Source: Candidatus Sulfobium sp.
Lineage (GTDB): Bacteria; Nitrospirota; Thermodesulfovibrionia; Thermodesulfovibrionales; UBA6898
Length of the DNA: 64,000 nucleotides
Direction: 5' to 3'
NCBI GenBank assembly: GCA_037380845.1
Contig: JARRRI010000022.1
Span: 59,163 to 123,162, forward strand
Part shown: positions 45,949-56,884 of the stretch, piece by piece
Layout of the letters: the number at the start of each line of letters is the position of its first letter
How positions within the stretch are numbered: the stretch's first letter is position 1
Made by a program: the position numbers and the translations under genes
Notes under the pieces: model-generated
What the model saw: only the letters and a program-made list of their open reading frames with translations
Told to the model about the DNA's origin: nothing
Databases searched by the model: none

Positions 45949-48375
45949 TCAGTCTGAAGCGTACCTGTAATCCTTCTTTACTTCCAGAAAGCCTACGACG
46001 CACAGCGTCACCAGGGCTACCGTCAGAAGCCTGACCGGCCCGATGGGGGCAAGATGGAACCGTTCCCTGAGGAAGGGGACGTAAATCCCCAGGAGGAGAA
46101 AACCGGTTGCCGAAACCGCCCACACATTCATAATGCCGTTTTTGAAAAGGCCTATCGAAAAAACGGGTTCCGTGTCGGAGCGGGCGATAAAGGCGAGGAT
46201 GATATGTCCGAAGATCCACGCGGAAAAAGCGAGAGTCTGGGTCTGCCCGAAACTGAAATCCATGTATCGCGCATAAAAATATGCGAACATGACGGAGCAA
46301 AAGAGAACAAAGCCGTTAAGGAGGACCTTCTTCACCAGCCTGCCGCTGAAGACGTCCTCGCGGGGATTGCGAGGCGGCCGGCGGTAAATGCCGGACTCCT
46401 TCGGTTCTGCAACGAAACCGGCCGATGCGGCAAGGTCCATGAATAACTCCAGTACGATGATCTGGATCGGGCTGAACGGCATGGGGACCCCCACTATGAC
46501 CGGCAGCAGAAAGATCAGCACAAGTGCGGTCTTTACCGAAAGATAATACGTAATCCCTTTCCGGAGGTTGTCAAAGAATTTTCTTCCCTCGAATATGCCC
46601 TGGGTAATGGTAATGTAATTGTCGTCCGCCAGGACTACGTCGGCCGCGTCCTTGGCCACGTCCGTTCCCCTGACACCCATGGCTATGCCTATGTCGGCCC
46701 CCTTGAGGGCCAGAACATCATTGACACCATCGCCCGTTACGGCCACCACTTCTCCGTTTTTCTGCAACGCCTCGACTATGCGGTGTTTGTGCAACGGAGT
46801 GGCCCTGGAAAAAACGGAGACGGCCTTCACCAGTTCCCGCAGCTCATCGTCGGTCGCCTCGTCGACCTCTTTTCCCGTTGCTATCCTGTCCGTCTTTATG
46901 CCGACCTCGCCGGCTATAAAACCGGCCGTTCCCGAATGGTCTCCCGTGACCATAATAGTCCTGATCCCGGCCGCCGATGCTGTCCCTATCGTCTCTTCCA
47001 CCCCTTTGCGCGGAGAATCCTCGAAGCCTATGAGGCCTATGAAAGTCATGCCTTTCTCCAGTTCCGTGAAGTCCAGGTCTTCCTCCCCGGAGTGGAGCTG
47101 CCGGAAGGCGACTGCTATCACCCGCCTGCCTTTTCCTGTCTCGGCATCCAGCTCGTCCCCTATTTTTTCGGATATACCGTCGCAGGCGTCAAAGACCTCC
47201 TCCGGCGCACCGCTCAGGTATAGTTCATACCGGTCCTCTTTTCTTCTTATGACGGCCTTCGTATTCCTGTTGCCCGCCCCCAGATTTCTCTGGCGGTATG
47301 CTCCGGAAAATGACGCGTCCGCATTCAGTCTGCCGGCGGCGTTCCTGACTTCCTTTTCCATGGGCTGCAGTATATGCTCCGACAAAGAACCGGCGGCCTT
47401 GCCGAGGATTTCTTTTTTCCGGTCCGCCGGGACGACCGAGACAATCCGCATCTTCCCCTCCGTAATCGTACCCGTTTTATCCGTAACGATCACGGTGGCA
47501 TTGCCCATGGTCTCGGCCCCTTTGAGCCTCTTCACAAGGAATTTTTTCCTGGAAAGAGTATAGGCCCCGAGTCCGAGGACCATGGTTATGATGATCGGCA
47601 ATTCTTCAGGGATGGTGGCAAAGGCGAGAGACAGGCCGGTCAGAACCATCGTCTTGATGTCCTCTCCCCTCAGGATCCCCAGGACCGGGATGAGAATAGA
47701 AAAAAAGACCGCCACAAAAACCAGCTTGCCCGCCAGAGATTTCATCGCAAGCTGCAGGGGCGTCCTGGGAGGTTTCACCTGTTTAAGAGTCCGGGCTATT
47801 TGGCCCAGTCTGGTATTTTCTCCGGTGGCAAAAACTTTTGCCTCGCCTTCCCCTGACAGGACAACCGTACCGGCGTAAATCATGTCGCCCTTCTTTTTGT
47901 CCTGGGGAAAAGACTCCCCCGTCAAGGCAGATTCATCCGCCTGCACGCCCACTCCTTTTTCTATTTCTGCATCTGCAGCGACATCGGTGCCAGGGGTCAG
48001 GACCAGGATGTCGCCGGGCACGACTTCCTCCTTTTCTATTTCGGCGACACCGCCGTCCCTGAAGACCCTCACCCCGGAGGCCGTTATTTTTTCGAGGGAG
48101 GCGATCGTCTTTTTTGCCCTGTACTCGTTGTTAACCTCGGCAAGTATCAGCAACGCGATAACGGTGAAGATGGTGACGCTGTCGAGAAGTCTGCCCCAGA
48201 AGCTGTAAAAGAAACCGACCACAAACAACAGCAGGATCATCGGTTCGGTAACTTCATGTCCTGCGATGCGGAGGAAACTTATTTTTTCGGATCTGTAGAT
48301 GCGGTTGGGGCCTGTCTCCGAGATCCTCCGGCGTGCCTCCTCCGAGCTGAGCCCGCGGATTTGTCGTTCGGCCAT
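45949..48375 (-). CDS. Cation-transporting P-type ATPase (P2-like)
   Basis: DESALTGES, IPEELP, DKTGT, TGD, TGDGVND. Confidence 0.95.
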   Translation of the reverse strand: MAERQIRGLSSEEARRRISETGPNRIYRSEKISFLRIAGHEVTEPMILLLFVVGFFYSFWGRLLDSVTIFTVIALLILAEVNNEYRAKKTIASLEKITASGVRVFRDGGVAEIEKEEVVPGDILVLTPGTDVAADAEIEKGVGVQADESALTGESFPQDKKKGDMIYAGTVVLSGEGEAKVFATGENTRLGQIARTLKQVKPPRTPLQLAMKSLAGKLVFVAVFFSILIPVLGILRGEDIKTMVLTGLSLAFATIPEELPIIITMVLGLGAYTLSRKKFLVKRLKGAETMGNATVIVTDKTGTITEGKMRIVSVVPADRKKEILGKAAGSLSEHILQPMEKEVRNAAGRLNADASFSGAYRQRNLGAGNRNTKAVIRRKEDRYELYLSGAPEEVFDACDGISEKIGDELDAETGKGRRVIAVAFRQLHSGEEDLDFTELEKGMTFIGLIGFEDSPRKGVEETIGTASAAGIRTIMVTGDHSGTAGFIAGEVGIKTDRIATGKEVDEATDDELRELVKAVSVFSRATPLHKHRIVEALQKNGEVVAVTGDGVNDVLALKGADIGIAMGVRGTDVAKDAADVVLADDNYITITQGIFEGRKFFDNLRKGITYYLSVKTALVLIFLLPVIVGVPMPFSPIQIIVLELFMDLAASAGFVAEPKESGIYRRPPRNPREDVFSGRLVKKVLLNGFVLFCSVMFAYFYARYMDFSFGQTQTLAFSAWIFGHIILAFIARSDTEPVFSIGLFKNGIMNVWAVSATGFLLLGIYVPFLRERFHLAPIGPVRLLTVALVTLCVVGFLEVKKDYRYASD

Positions 48376-48600
48376 GTTTCGGTTGTTCTTCCTCCTTCGG
48401 ATGAGATGGGATTTCTTCGGTCCGGCGTTTATGTATTACTTACCATATATCCTCTGTGCTTTCAATAAAATTCCTCCCTGAAATGCCGGAAAGAAGGAGG
48501 TGAATGCGGGCAGGCTTTGTGATATAGTGGAAGAAAAAGAGGACGCTTCGGCACATCGCCGTAAGGTCATGTGCCTTCATATCCGGAGACTGTAATCGTT

Positions 48601-50133
48601 GTGAAAAAGACGGCCTGGCTCACAGCACTATTTTTACTTGTGACAACCCTGCAGGCCCCCGTCCCGGCGGCCGCAAAGAAGGCCGAAGGCCGACCGGTTC
48701 ACGAACGGGAAGCGCCTCCGGATACCGGTCTTTCGACAACGGAACACTCCGTCAGGCTCAGGGGCGCGGTTCTTCGTTATAAGGCAACGGCCGGCTACAT
48801 GCACACGGGAACCGGCGATAAAAAGGCCGACAATTTTTTTGTTTCTTATGTAAAGGAAGGCGTGACGGACAAAAAGGACCGGCCCGTCACTTTTGTCTTC
48901 AACGGAGGGCCCGGCGCGTCTTCGATATGGCTCCATCTGGGGGCCATCGGACCGAAGCGGATCTCTAAGTTTTTCACGGGAAAACCCCTTTCTCCTCCGT
49001 ACTCCCTGGTCGACAATGAATACACGTGGCTCGACCTGACCGATCTTGTTTTTATCGACCCTGTCGGATCGGGTTACAGCCGCGCGGCAACCGGAGGGAA
49101 AGATTTCTACGGCCTGTCCGAGGATGCGAAGTCTGTCGGAGAATTCGTAAGGCGGTATGTAACGGAAGAAGAGCGCTGGCTTTCTCCCAAGTTCATTGCG
49201 GGTGAAAGCTACGGTACCGTCCGGGCGGTGCTTCTTGCCGACAGGCTGCACGAGGCGTACGGCATGGACGTGAATGCGCTCATGCTTATCTCTCCGGTGC
49301 TCAATTTTCAGACGTTCACCTTCGGCGCCGGCAACGACCTCCCCTATGTGTTGTTCCTTCCTTCCTATGCGGCTGCCGCCGCCTACCACAAGAAAACCTC
49401 CTTCGCCGCCATCGACGGCCGCGGGGCACTCCGTCAGGTCGAAGAATGGGCGGTAGGCGACTATATGGTATCACTGGCAAGGGGGTCGGCAATGAGCGAC
49501 AGCGAGAGGCAAAGTGTTGCAAGAAAACTTTCGGCCTATACCGGTCTCCCCAAAAGATATATCGAAAATCAAGACATGAGAATCAGCAATTCAGAGTTTA
49601 TAAACAAACTGCTCTACGACCGCCATCGCTTCCTCGGTCTCCTGGACAGCAGGTATACCGGAACGAAGCCGGCGGAGGACCTCTTTTACGACGATCCGAC
49701 CATGGTCGGCACGCTCGGCTTTTATGTGGCGGCAATGAACGACTATGTCAGGAGGGAACTGGGTTACAAAAACGACCTTCCGTATGAGTATCTCTCCAAG
49801 AAGGCCAGCTGGTCATGGGACTGGGGGTCAGCCGCCCGGGGATATCCGGACGTCGCCGGGAAGCTCGGGAAACTGATCAACAGGACGCATTACCTTAAGG
49901 TATTCATCGCAGCCGGATATTACGATCTCGACGCACCGTACTTCGCTGCGGTCTATACTGTAAACCACCTCGGTCTCCAACCCGATCGCAGGAAGAACGT
50001 CACTCTTGAACTCTACAAGGCCGGACATCAGATGTATACCGACCTCCCCTCCCTGAAAAAACTTCGCAGTGACATATCGGCTTTCATTGAAAACCTTTTT
50101 GCGGACGGTCGAAAGGAAGGGGCAGCCGACTGA
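48601..50133 (+). CDS. Exported serine carboxypeptidase, family S10
   Basis: FNGGPG, FIDPVG.GYS, GESYG, GYYDL, AGH.MY; start GTG 48571 or 48601. Confidence 0.92.
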   Translation: MKKTAWLTALFLLVTTLQAPVPAAAKKAEGRPVHEREAPPDTGLSTTEHSVRLRGAVLRYKATAGYMHTGTGDKKADNFFVSYVKEGVTDKKDRPVTFVFNGGPGASSIWLHLGAIGPKRISKFFTGKPLSPPYSLVDNEYTWLDLTDLVFIDPVGSGYSRAATGGKDFYGLSEDAKSVGEFVRRYVTEEERWLSPKFIAGESYGTVRAVLLADRLHEAYGMDVNALMLISPVLNFQTFTFGAGNDLPYVLFLPSYAAAAAYHKKTSFAAIDGRGALRQVEEWAVGDYMVSLARGSAMSDSERQSVARKLSAYTGLPKRYIENQDMRISNSEFINKLLYDRHRFLGLLDSRYTGTKPAEDLFYDDPTMVGTLGFYVAAMNDYVRRELGYKNDLPYEYLSKKASWSWDWGSAARGYPDVAGKLGKLINRTHYLKVFIAAGYYDLDAPYFAAVYTVNHLGLQPDRRKNVTLELYKAGHQMYTDLPSLKKLRSDISAFIENLFADGRKEGAAD

Positions 50134-50154
50134 TCTTTCAGGGGGAGTGTTAAG

Positions 50155-50700
50155 ATGTTCCTTGTCATGAGAGGACAGTTTCCGGTCTTCCTTCAGATCC
50201 TTCTCGGGATCTTCGTACTTTTCCTCGGCAGAAAATTATTCTGGCTCTTTGTCGCGGCGGTCGGCTTCGTCGCCGGGGCGCTGCTGGGCGATCTTTTTTT
50301 CCATGCGGATTCAGGCTGGATAGTGCTCATAATCGCAGCTGTCTCCGGGGTATTGGGCGCACTATTCGCCGTTTTGTTTCAGAGGCTGGCAATAGCAGTC
50401 TCGGGCTTTCTCGCCGGGGGGTACGTCTCCGTCGTCATGCTGCACCACTGGGGATGGGGTACGGATATTCATTTCTGGGCCCCTTTTCTGATCGGCGGAT
50501 TCCTCGGGGCCCTTTTGCTGTCGATAATATTCGACCCCGCACTCATAGTGCTGTCCTCCCTGGTCGGTGCGGCCATGATAGTCCAGCCATTCCATTTGAG
50601 CCCCGGGGAAACCGGCCTGATCTTCGTCCTCCTGGCACTGTCGGGCATTGTCGTTCAGACCGTCATTCTCAAAAGCAGGGCTTCCAGGCGCCGGAAATAG
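50155..50700 (+). CDS. DUF4203/TMEM198-like membrane protein
   Basis: G.KLFW....GF..G, GFLAG, SSL.GA, G..VQ. Confidence 0.75.
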   Translation: MFLVMRGQFPVFLQILLGIFVLFLGRKLFWLFVAAVGFVAGALLGDLFFHADSGWIVLIIAAVSGVLGALFAVLFQRLAIAVSGFLAGGYVSVVMLHHWGWGTDIHFWAPFLIGGFLGALLLSIIFDPALIVLSSLVGAAMIVQPFHLSPGETGLIFVLLALSGIVVQTVILKSRASRRRK

Positions 50701-50746
50701 CACGCTTTTTTCCCCCCTTTGTCTATAATAGACGGGTGGTGAGAGC

Positions 50747-51394
50747 GTGACATACATCCTGCTTCTCATATCGGCATATTTCATGGGGTGCATTGCGGCA
50801 ATACCGGCCGGACCTGTACAGATCGAGGTAGTGAGAAGGTCCATAAACGGTCAGCTGAAGTCTTCTCTTCTGGTGGTGCTGGGCGCGTTCCTCATAGATG
50901 TCTTTTACGGCCTCATCGCCTTTTTCGGCATAGCGCCTTTTCTCGAGGAGAAGAAGGTAATGGCGATATTCTGGCTGGCAGGAGGCGTCATCCTGATCGT
51001 AATGTCTGTCTTTGTTATCAGGCACCGCGCGAAGAAGGAAATTTCTTACGATAACGCGCCCCAAAAGAGAAAAAGATGGGCGCTGCTGGGAGGAATCTCA
51101 CTTTCAGTCATAAACCCCATGATGATATTGTGGTGGCTGTCGGCGGTCCGCATCTTCGAGGACATAGGACTTATCAGCGAATTCAACGCCGATATCGCCC
51201 TTACGTTTCTCGCTGCGGCCAGTCTCGGACTCGCCTCCTATCTGACTGCTCTCTCTCTCTTTATCCACTGGGTTAAAAAATTTGTATCGGCTGCAAAGCT
51301 GCGGCGGATAAACCAGGTATTCGCGGTATTTCTCCTGCTTATAGGACTCTATTTCCTGTATACCTCGATCCACACTCTTTTCCTGCAAGGCTGA
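50747..51394 (+). CDS. LysE-family translocator
   Basis: P.GPV, G....D, NP....WW; six hydrophobic segments. Confidence 0.85.
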   Translation: MTYILLLISAYFMGCIAAIPAGPVQIEVVRRSINGQLKSSLLVVLGAFLIDVFYGLIAFFGIAPFLEEKKVMAIFWLAGGVILIVMSVFVIRHRAKKEISYDNAPQKRKRWALLGGISLSVINPMMILWWLSAVRIFEDIGLISEFNADIALTFLAAASLGLASYLTALSLFIHWVKKFVSAAKLRRINQVFAVFLLLIGLYFLYTSIHTLFLQG

Positions 51395-51465
51395 ACCGAC
51401 CCTCGAAAAAAGATATTGCAGCGGAGGGGAAAATGGATTATGCTATCTATATTCCAGGGGGGACC

Positions 51466-51735
51466 ATGCACTACCAGAACTGTTGGGAATTCAAACAGTG
51501 CGGAAGGGAAAGAACCGGTTCCGCAGGCATCTGTCCGGCCGCTCTCAGCCGCGCGGCAGACGGGGTCAACGGCGGCATCAATGCCGGCAGGGTCTGCTGG
51601 GCGGTGACAGGAACGTTATGCGACGGCAAGAGACAGGGCACTTATGCCGAAAAGGTCATGGAATGCATGTCCTGTGATTTCCGCCTGAAGGTCATGGAGG
51701 AAATGTCCTATAAATTCAAGCCGGTTTTCTTCTGA
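51466..51735 (+). CDS. Two-CW-domain Cys-rich small protein
   Basis: NCWEFKQCGR, CPA, GRVCW.V.GT.C, C..C.F. Confidence 0.8.
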   Translation: MHYQNCWEFKQCGRERTGSAGICPAALSRAADGVNGGINAGRVCWAVTGTLCDGKRQGTYAEKVMECMSCDFRLKVMEEMSYKFKPVFF

Positions 51736-51753
51736 AGTTCCGCGCAGAGAGCC

Positions 51754-53034
<1,281 letters not shown>

Positions 53035-53160
53035 TCATAGACATGGAATATACTATAGCCGAAGAAGATCAAAAAATGAACCACCCGACGCATAAACACG
53101 CAAGCGGGAGGGGCGGAGGTTAAATGCACCTTAATTTATCTGAAAAACCCTCTTTATGTG

Positions 53161-53236
53161 GTCATTCCCGGGGTGGTAATCGGGAATCCATTTTCTTTAA
53201 GGAAATAACCCGGATTCCCACCTTCGCGGGAATGAC
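53161..53236. repeat. Family-A REP-like element (most intact copy)
   Basis: GTCATTCCCG..CGGGAATCC...GGATTCCCACCTTCGCGGGAATGAC. Confidence 0.88.
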
Positions 53237-53283
53237 CGCCAAAAAAGCGCCAAACTATGCAACAAGGCATGTAAGGCAAATCA

Positions 53284-54270
53284 TCAGTAAAGCCCCATCG
53301 CTTCCCTGACGAGCCTCATGGTCTCCTGAGCAGCCTTCCTCGCCTTTTCGTTACCGTTTTCGGCTATCTCCCTGAGCAGCCCGGGATTGTTCAGAAGCTC
53401 CGCCCTTTTTGCCCAGATGGGTTCAAGTACCCTGAAGACATTCCTTATCAGGACCTTCTTGCAGTCGATGCACCCGATCCCGGCAGTGCGGCAGCCTTCG
53501 GCGACCTGCTCCTGCTCCTCTTTGGAGGAGAATATCTTGTGCAGCTGGAATACGGGGGAAAGCTCGGGATTGCCGACATCCGTGCGCTTAACACGCGCCG
53601 GATCGGTAGTCATGGTGAGTATCTTGCGCTCCACCTCTTTCGGTGTGTCCGAAAGGTAGATGGCGTTTTCGTAGCTCTTGGACATCTTCCTGCCGTCGAC
53701 GCCGGGGACCTTCGGAAATTCAGTGAGGAGCGCCTCGGGCTCGGGAAAGACCTCGCCGTAGAAGTTATTGAACCTCCGCGCGATCTCCCTCGATATCTCG
53801 AGGTGGGGGACCTGGTCAACACCGACCGGTACATATTTGGCCCTGTATATAATAATGTCGGCAGTCTGAAGCAAAGGGTAGCCCAGAAAGCCGTATGTCG
53901 CCAGGTCCCTCTCCTTAAGCTCCTGCTGTTTCTCCTTGTAGGTAGGAACACGCTCCAGCCACCCGAGGGGCGTGATCATCGAAAGAAGGAGATGCAGCTC
54001 GGCATGTTGGAGTATCCGGGACTGTATGAATATCGTGCACTTCTCCGGATCAAGGCCGGCCGCGAGGAAGTTGAGCAGGAGGTCGGTGACCGATTCGCGG
54101 ATTGCCCCGGGGTTGGCGTATCCGGTTGTGAGCGCATGCCAGTCGGCTATGAAATAATAGCATTCGTATTCGTCCTGGAGTCGCACCCAGTTCTGAATAG
54201 CCCCCACCAGGTTGCCGATATGGACCCTGCCGCTGGACTGCATCCCGCTTAATACTCTTTCCTTTGTCAT
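53284..54270 (-). CDS. trpS: Tryptophan--tRNA ligase
   Basis: HIGN, ADWHA, YP.LQ.ADI, VPVG.DQ, KMSKS. Confidence 0.98.
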   Translation of the reverse strand: MTKERVLSGMQSSGRVHIGNLVGAIQNWVRLQDEYECYYFIADWHALTTGYANPGAIRESVTDLLLNFLAAGLDPEKCTIFIQSRILQHAELHLLLSMITPLGWLERVPTYKEKQQELKERDLATYGFLGYPLLQTADIIIYRAKYVPVGVDQVPHLEISREIARRFNNFYGEVFPEPEALLTEFPKVPGVDGRKMSKSYENAIYLSDTPKEVERKILTMTTDPARVKRTDVGNPELSPVFQLHKIFSSKEEQEQVAEGCRTAGIGCIDCKKVLIRNVFRVLEPIWAKRAELLNNPGLLREIAENGNEKARKAAQETMRLVREAMGLY

Positions 54271-54311
54271 GAACCTCCCTGATTGGTCACCCGACCGCGA
54301 GGTCTCCCGTG

Positions 54312-54983
54312 CTAATAGTAAACCTGAAACAGCCTCAGGAAAAACCTTATAAAGGGCATGATGAACGAATTCGCGATGCCGGTATAGATAAGTATGATAA
54401 CAATAATAAAACCGTAAGGTTCGATCCTGCTGAAAGAAATGGCCTGCCTCTGGGGAAGAAGGCCGGTGAGCACGCGTCCCCCGTCAAGCGGAGGTATGGG
54501 GATCATATTGAATACCGCGAGGACTACGTTTATGACGATGCTCGAAGTAAATATCATCGCAAGGGGCCTCAAAACCGTCTCCACAAAAGATGGCGGCACG
54601 AAGGAGGCCAGGGGGGTAATGATGACCTTCAGAACAAGGAAACTGAGGAAGGCGAGGACAAGGTTCGTCACAGGCCCGGCAGCAGCGGATACCGCCATAT
54701 CCCTTCTGGGGTTTTTGAAGTTCATGGGGTTTATCGGCACCGGCTTGGCGTATCCGAAAACGAACTGCCCGTGCGTCACAACGATCAGCAGAAAGGGCAG
54801 CAGGATGGTCCCGAAAAGGTCTATATGCGCTATCGGGTTCAGCGTGAGGCGGCCCAGCATCTTGGCGGTGGGGTCTCCCAGTTTGTTGGCGACCAGCCCG
54901 TGGGACACCTCGTGAAAGGTTATCGCTATCAGAATGGGCAGGGCCGATATCAGAAGCTGTCGTGCAATGTTTGCAGAATCCAA
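54312..54983 (-). CDS. Site-2 protease (M50) family
   Basis: HEVSH, GD.T...GRLTLNP, AAGP..N, FN.IP.PPLDG. Confidence 0.95.
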   Translation of the reverse strand: MDSANIARQLLISALPILIAITFHEVSHGLVANKLGDPTAKMLGRLTLNPIAHIDLFGTILLPFLLIVVTHGQFVFGYAKPVPINPMNFKNPRRDMAVSAAAGPVTNLVLAFLSFLVLKVIITPLASFVPPSFVETVLRPLAMIFTSSIVINVVLAVFNMIPIPPLDGGRVLTGLLPQRQAISFSRIEPYGFIIVIILIYTGIANSFIMPFIRFFLRLFQVYY

Positions 54984-55062
54984 AATATCTTACCTTAAAT
55001 TTGAAGTCTCTACGGATTGCCGATCAGACAGGGTGCGAAACACCGTCGGCCGCGTCTTGCCT

Positions 55063-56826
55063 CTATTCCCTCATGTCGTCGCATGCGAGGGCGCTCTGAG
55101 GGTACTCAACGCTATCGGAAATATTCCATATGAGTTCGAAATTACAGATGATAACTTCCGGTTCGCCGTAACTATTATTCATAATCTCCCTGTTGCTGTC
55201 AACGGCCAGCAGCACGTCGTTGGCCTTCAACAGAGAGCCGTCGTAGCCGGCTTCTCTCAACTTCCGCTTGACCCTGTCCAGAAGCGCAAGGCATGAGGAA
55301 TCGTCTATAAGACCGTTGTATACAGCCTTGGACAGGTCCGTCGGCATGTAAAGGGGGCCCTGTTCGGCAACGGAACAATCGGGGCCGTTGTAATACCCGC
55401 GGATCGTGATATAGTTGCGGTTTTCCTGGAGGATGGGGTTGCCCTCGGGGTCCAGGATATGCTTGTGCGAGTCGTACCGCCTGAAATCGGCGGAGGGTTC
55501 TATCTTTGTGCTTCCGGTCATATATATGGCCCTCACGTAAACCGACGGTATGCCTATCTGATTCAGCCTGTGGGCGATGGCAAATTCTTCAAAAGGACTG
55601 TTTATGCCGTATTTGCGTATCTTCGGGTCGTACCTGTCCTCGTCCTCCTCGTCCGGCATTTCTCCCACGCGCGAAGTCTTCCAGACCAGGTGGATATTGT
55701 CCTTCGTTATGGTATAAAACACTTCCTTTGTCGCGGACAGCTTCAGGGAGGGGGTCTTCCTCCACCGTTCCGGAAGGAAATAGTCGAACAGGCGGGCGTT
55801 TCTTCCTACCACCCACAGGTGTCCGCCGGTGCTCTCGGCATGTCCGTACATGTAAGGCACACCGAAGACCTCCATTCCGCTCAGATGATCGGGGAGCGGG
55901 GTCGGCTTGAAGCGGTCCCTCTGGTCATCCAGATAGCAGTGCCTCCGCGACTGCTTCACCGCGTTCTCATGCTCGGCGGTCCTGAAAAGAAGCTCGTAAT
56001 CTATCACGGCGTACCTGCCGTCGCGAATAAGCCCGTACAGAAGGCCAACCTGCCGGCGGGGCACATCGACATCGTCCTCATCCCGGCCCATCTCCTCGAT
56101 GACCAGCGTATCGTCTTCGTTGATTATGATATGCTCCGGCTTCATGTCGGCCACCAGATAACCCTTTTTCTGGAGGTCGGCTATCACTTTGTAATTGATC
56201 ACCTTAAGATGTTCGGTAATTTCATCGTCGTTGATGTCTATATGTTCGAAGACCTCGAAAAGGTTCTTCCCCTTTATCCATTCGTAAACCATTTTGTACT
56301 GTTTCAGGATGTCCAGGTTTATGCCCGGGTGTTTTGCCTGTATCCGGTTGATCTTTGACCGCGACCGGCCGCTCTGCCACGGCTGCATTTTTTCGGGAGG
56401 GACATAAATGGCCAGGGGTCGCTGGGTCCTTACCTTCATCTCCCTGGGACCGTACGTGCTCTCCCTCATTTCGGCAACCAGGGAAAACTCTTCCCAGGGG
56501 CTGTTGAACTCGGCGTCGCAGAACTCCTGCAGGGTGTGAGTGTCCAGCGGTACGTCTTCCCCCACCCTGCAGTTCTTGACCACCAGGTCGAGGCTCCTTC
56601 CGTTGACCTTCTTCGTAGGCACCCTGTAAACCGAGCTGGTACCTTTGAGTCTTATACGGTGTTCGTTGAACCACGCCTTTTCGTACCAGTTTTCGAGCTC
56701 GAAATGCTCGAGATAGGGCTCCGCAAAACGGGTGAGATAGAGGTCGCCGCCGTCGCTAGTTTTCACGTGGAAATATACCACGTGCAAGACGTTGACCAGG
56801 GATTTCTTTGAGATCAGGTGTTCCAT
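55063..56826 (-). CDS. Hypothetical protein with two tandem protein-kinase-like repeats
   Basis: VVK..RVGE/NSPWEEF/DMKPEH/IDYE repeated as VWK..RVGE/NSPFEEF/LLKAND/CNFE. Confidence 0.75.
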   Translation of the reverse strand: MEHLISKKSLVNVLHVVYFHVKTSDGGDLYLTRFAEPYLEHFELENWYEKAWFNEHRIRLKGTSSVYRVPTKKVNGRSLDLVVKNCRVGEDVPLDTHTLQEFCDAEFNSPWEEFSLVAEMRESTYGPREMKVRTQRPLAIYVPPEKMQPWQSGRSRSKINRIQAKHPGINLDILKQYKMVYEWIKGKNLFEVFEHIDINDDEITEHLKVINYKVIADLQKKGYLVADMKPEHIIINEDDTLVIEEMGRDEDDVDVPRRQVGLLYGLIRDGRYAVIDYELLFRTAEHENAVKQSRRHCYLDDQRDRFKPTPLPDHLSGMEVFGVPYMYGHAESTGGHLWVVGRNARLFDYFLPERWRKTPSLKLSATKEVFYTITKDNIHLVWKTSRVGEMPDEEDEDRYDPKIRKYGINSPFEEFAIAHRLNQIGIPSVYVRAIYMTGSTKIEPSADFRRYDSHKHILDPEGNPILQENRNYITIRGYYNGPDCSVAEQGPLYMPTDLSKAVYNGLIDDSSCLALLDRVKRKLREAGYDGSLLKANDVLLAVDSNREIMNNSYGEPEVIICNFELIWNISDSVEYPQSALACDDMRE

Positions 56827-56884
56827 GTTTCAAGCAGCCCGTAATTCATCACATCCTGCGGGGGGCCATATTTCCTGCCGGCGC

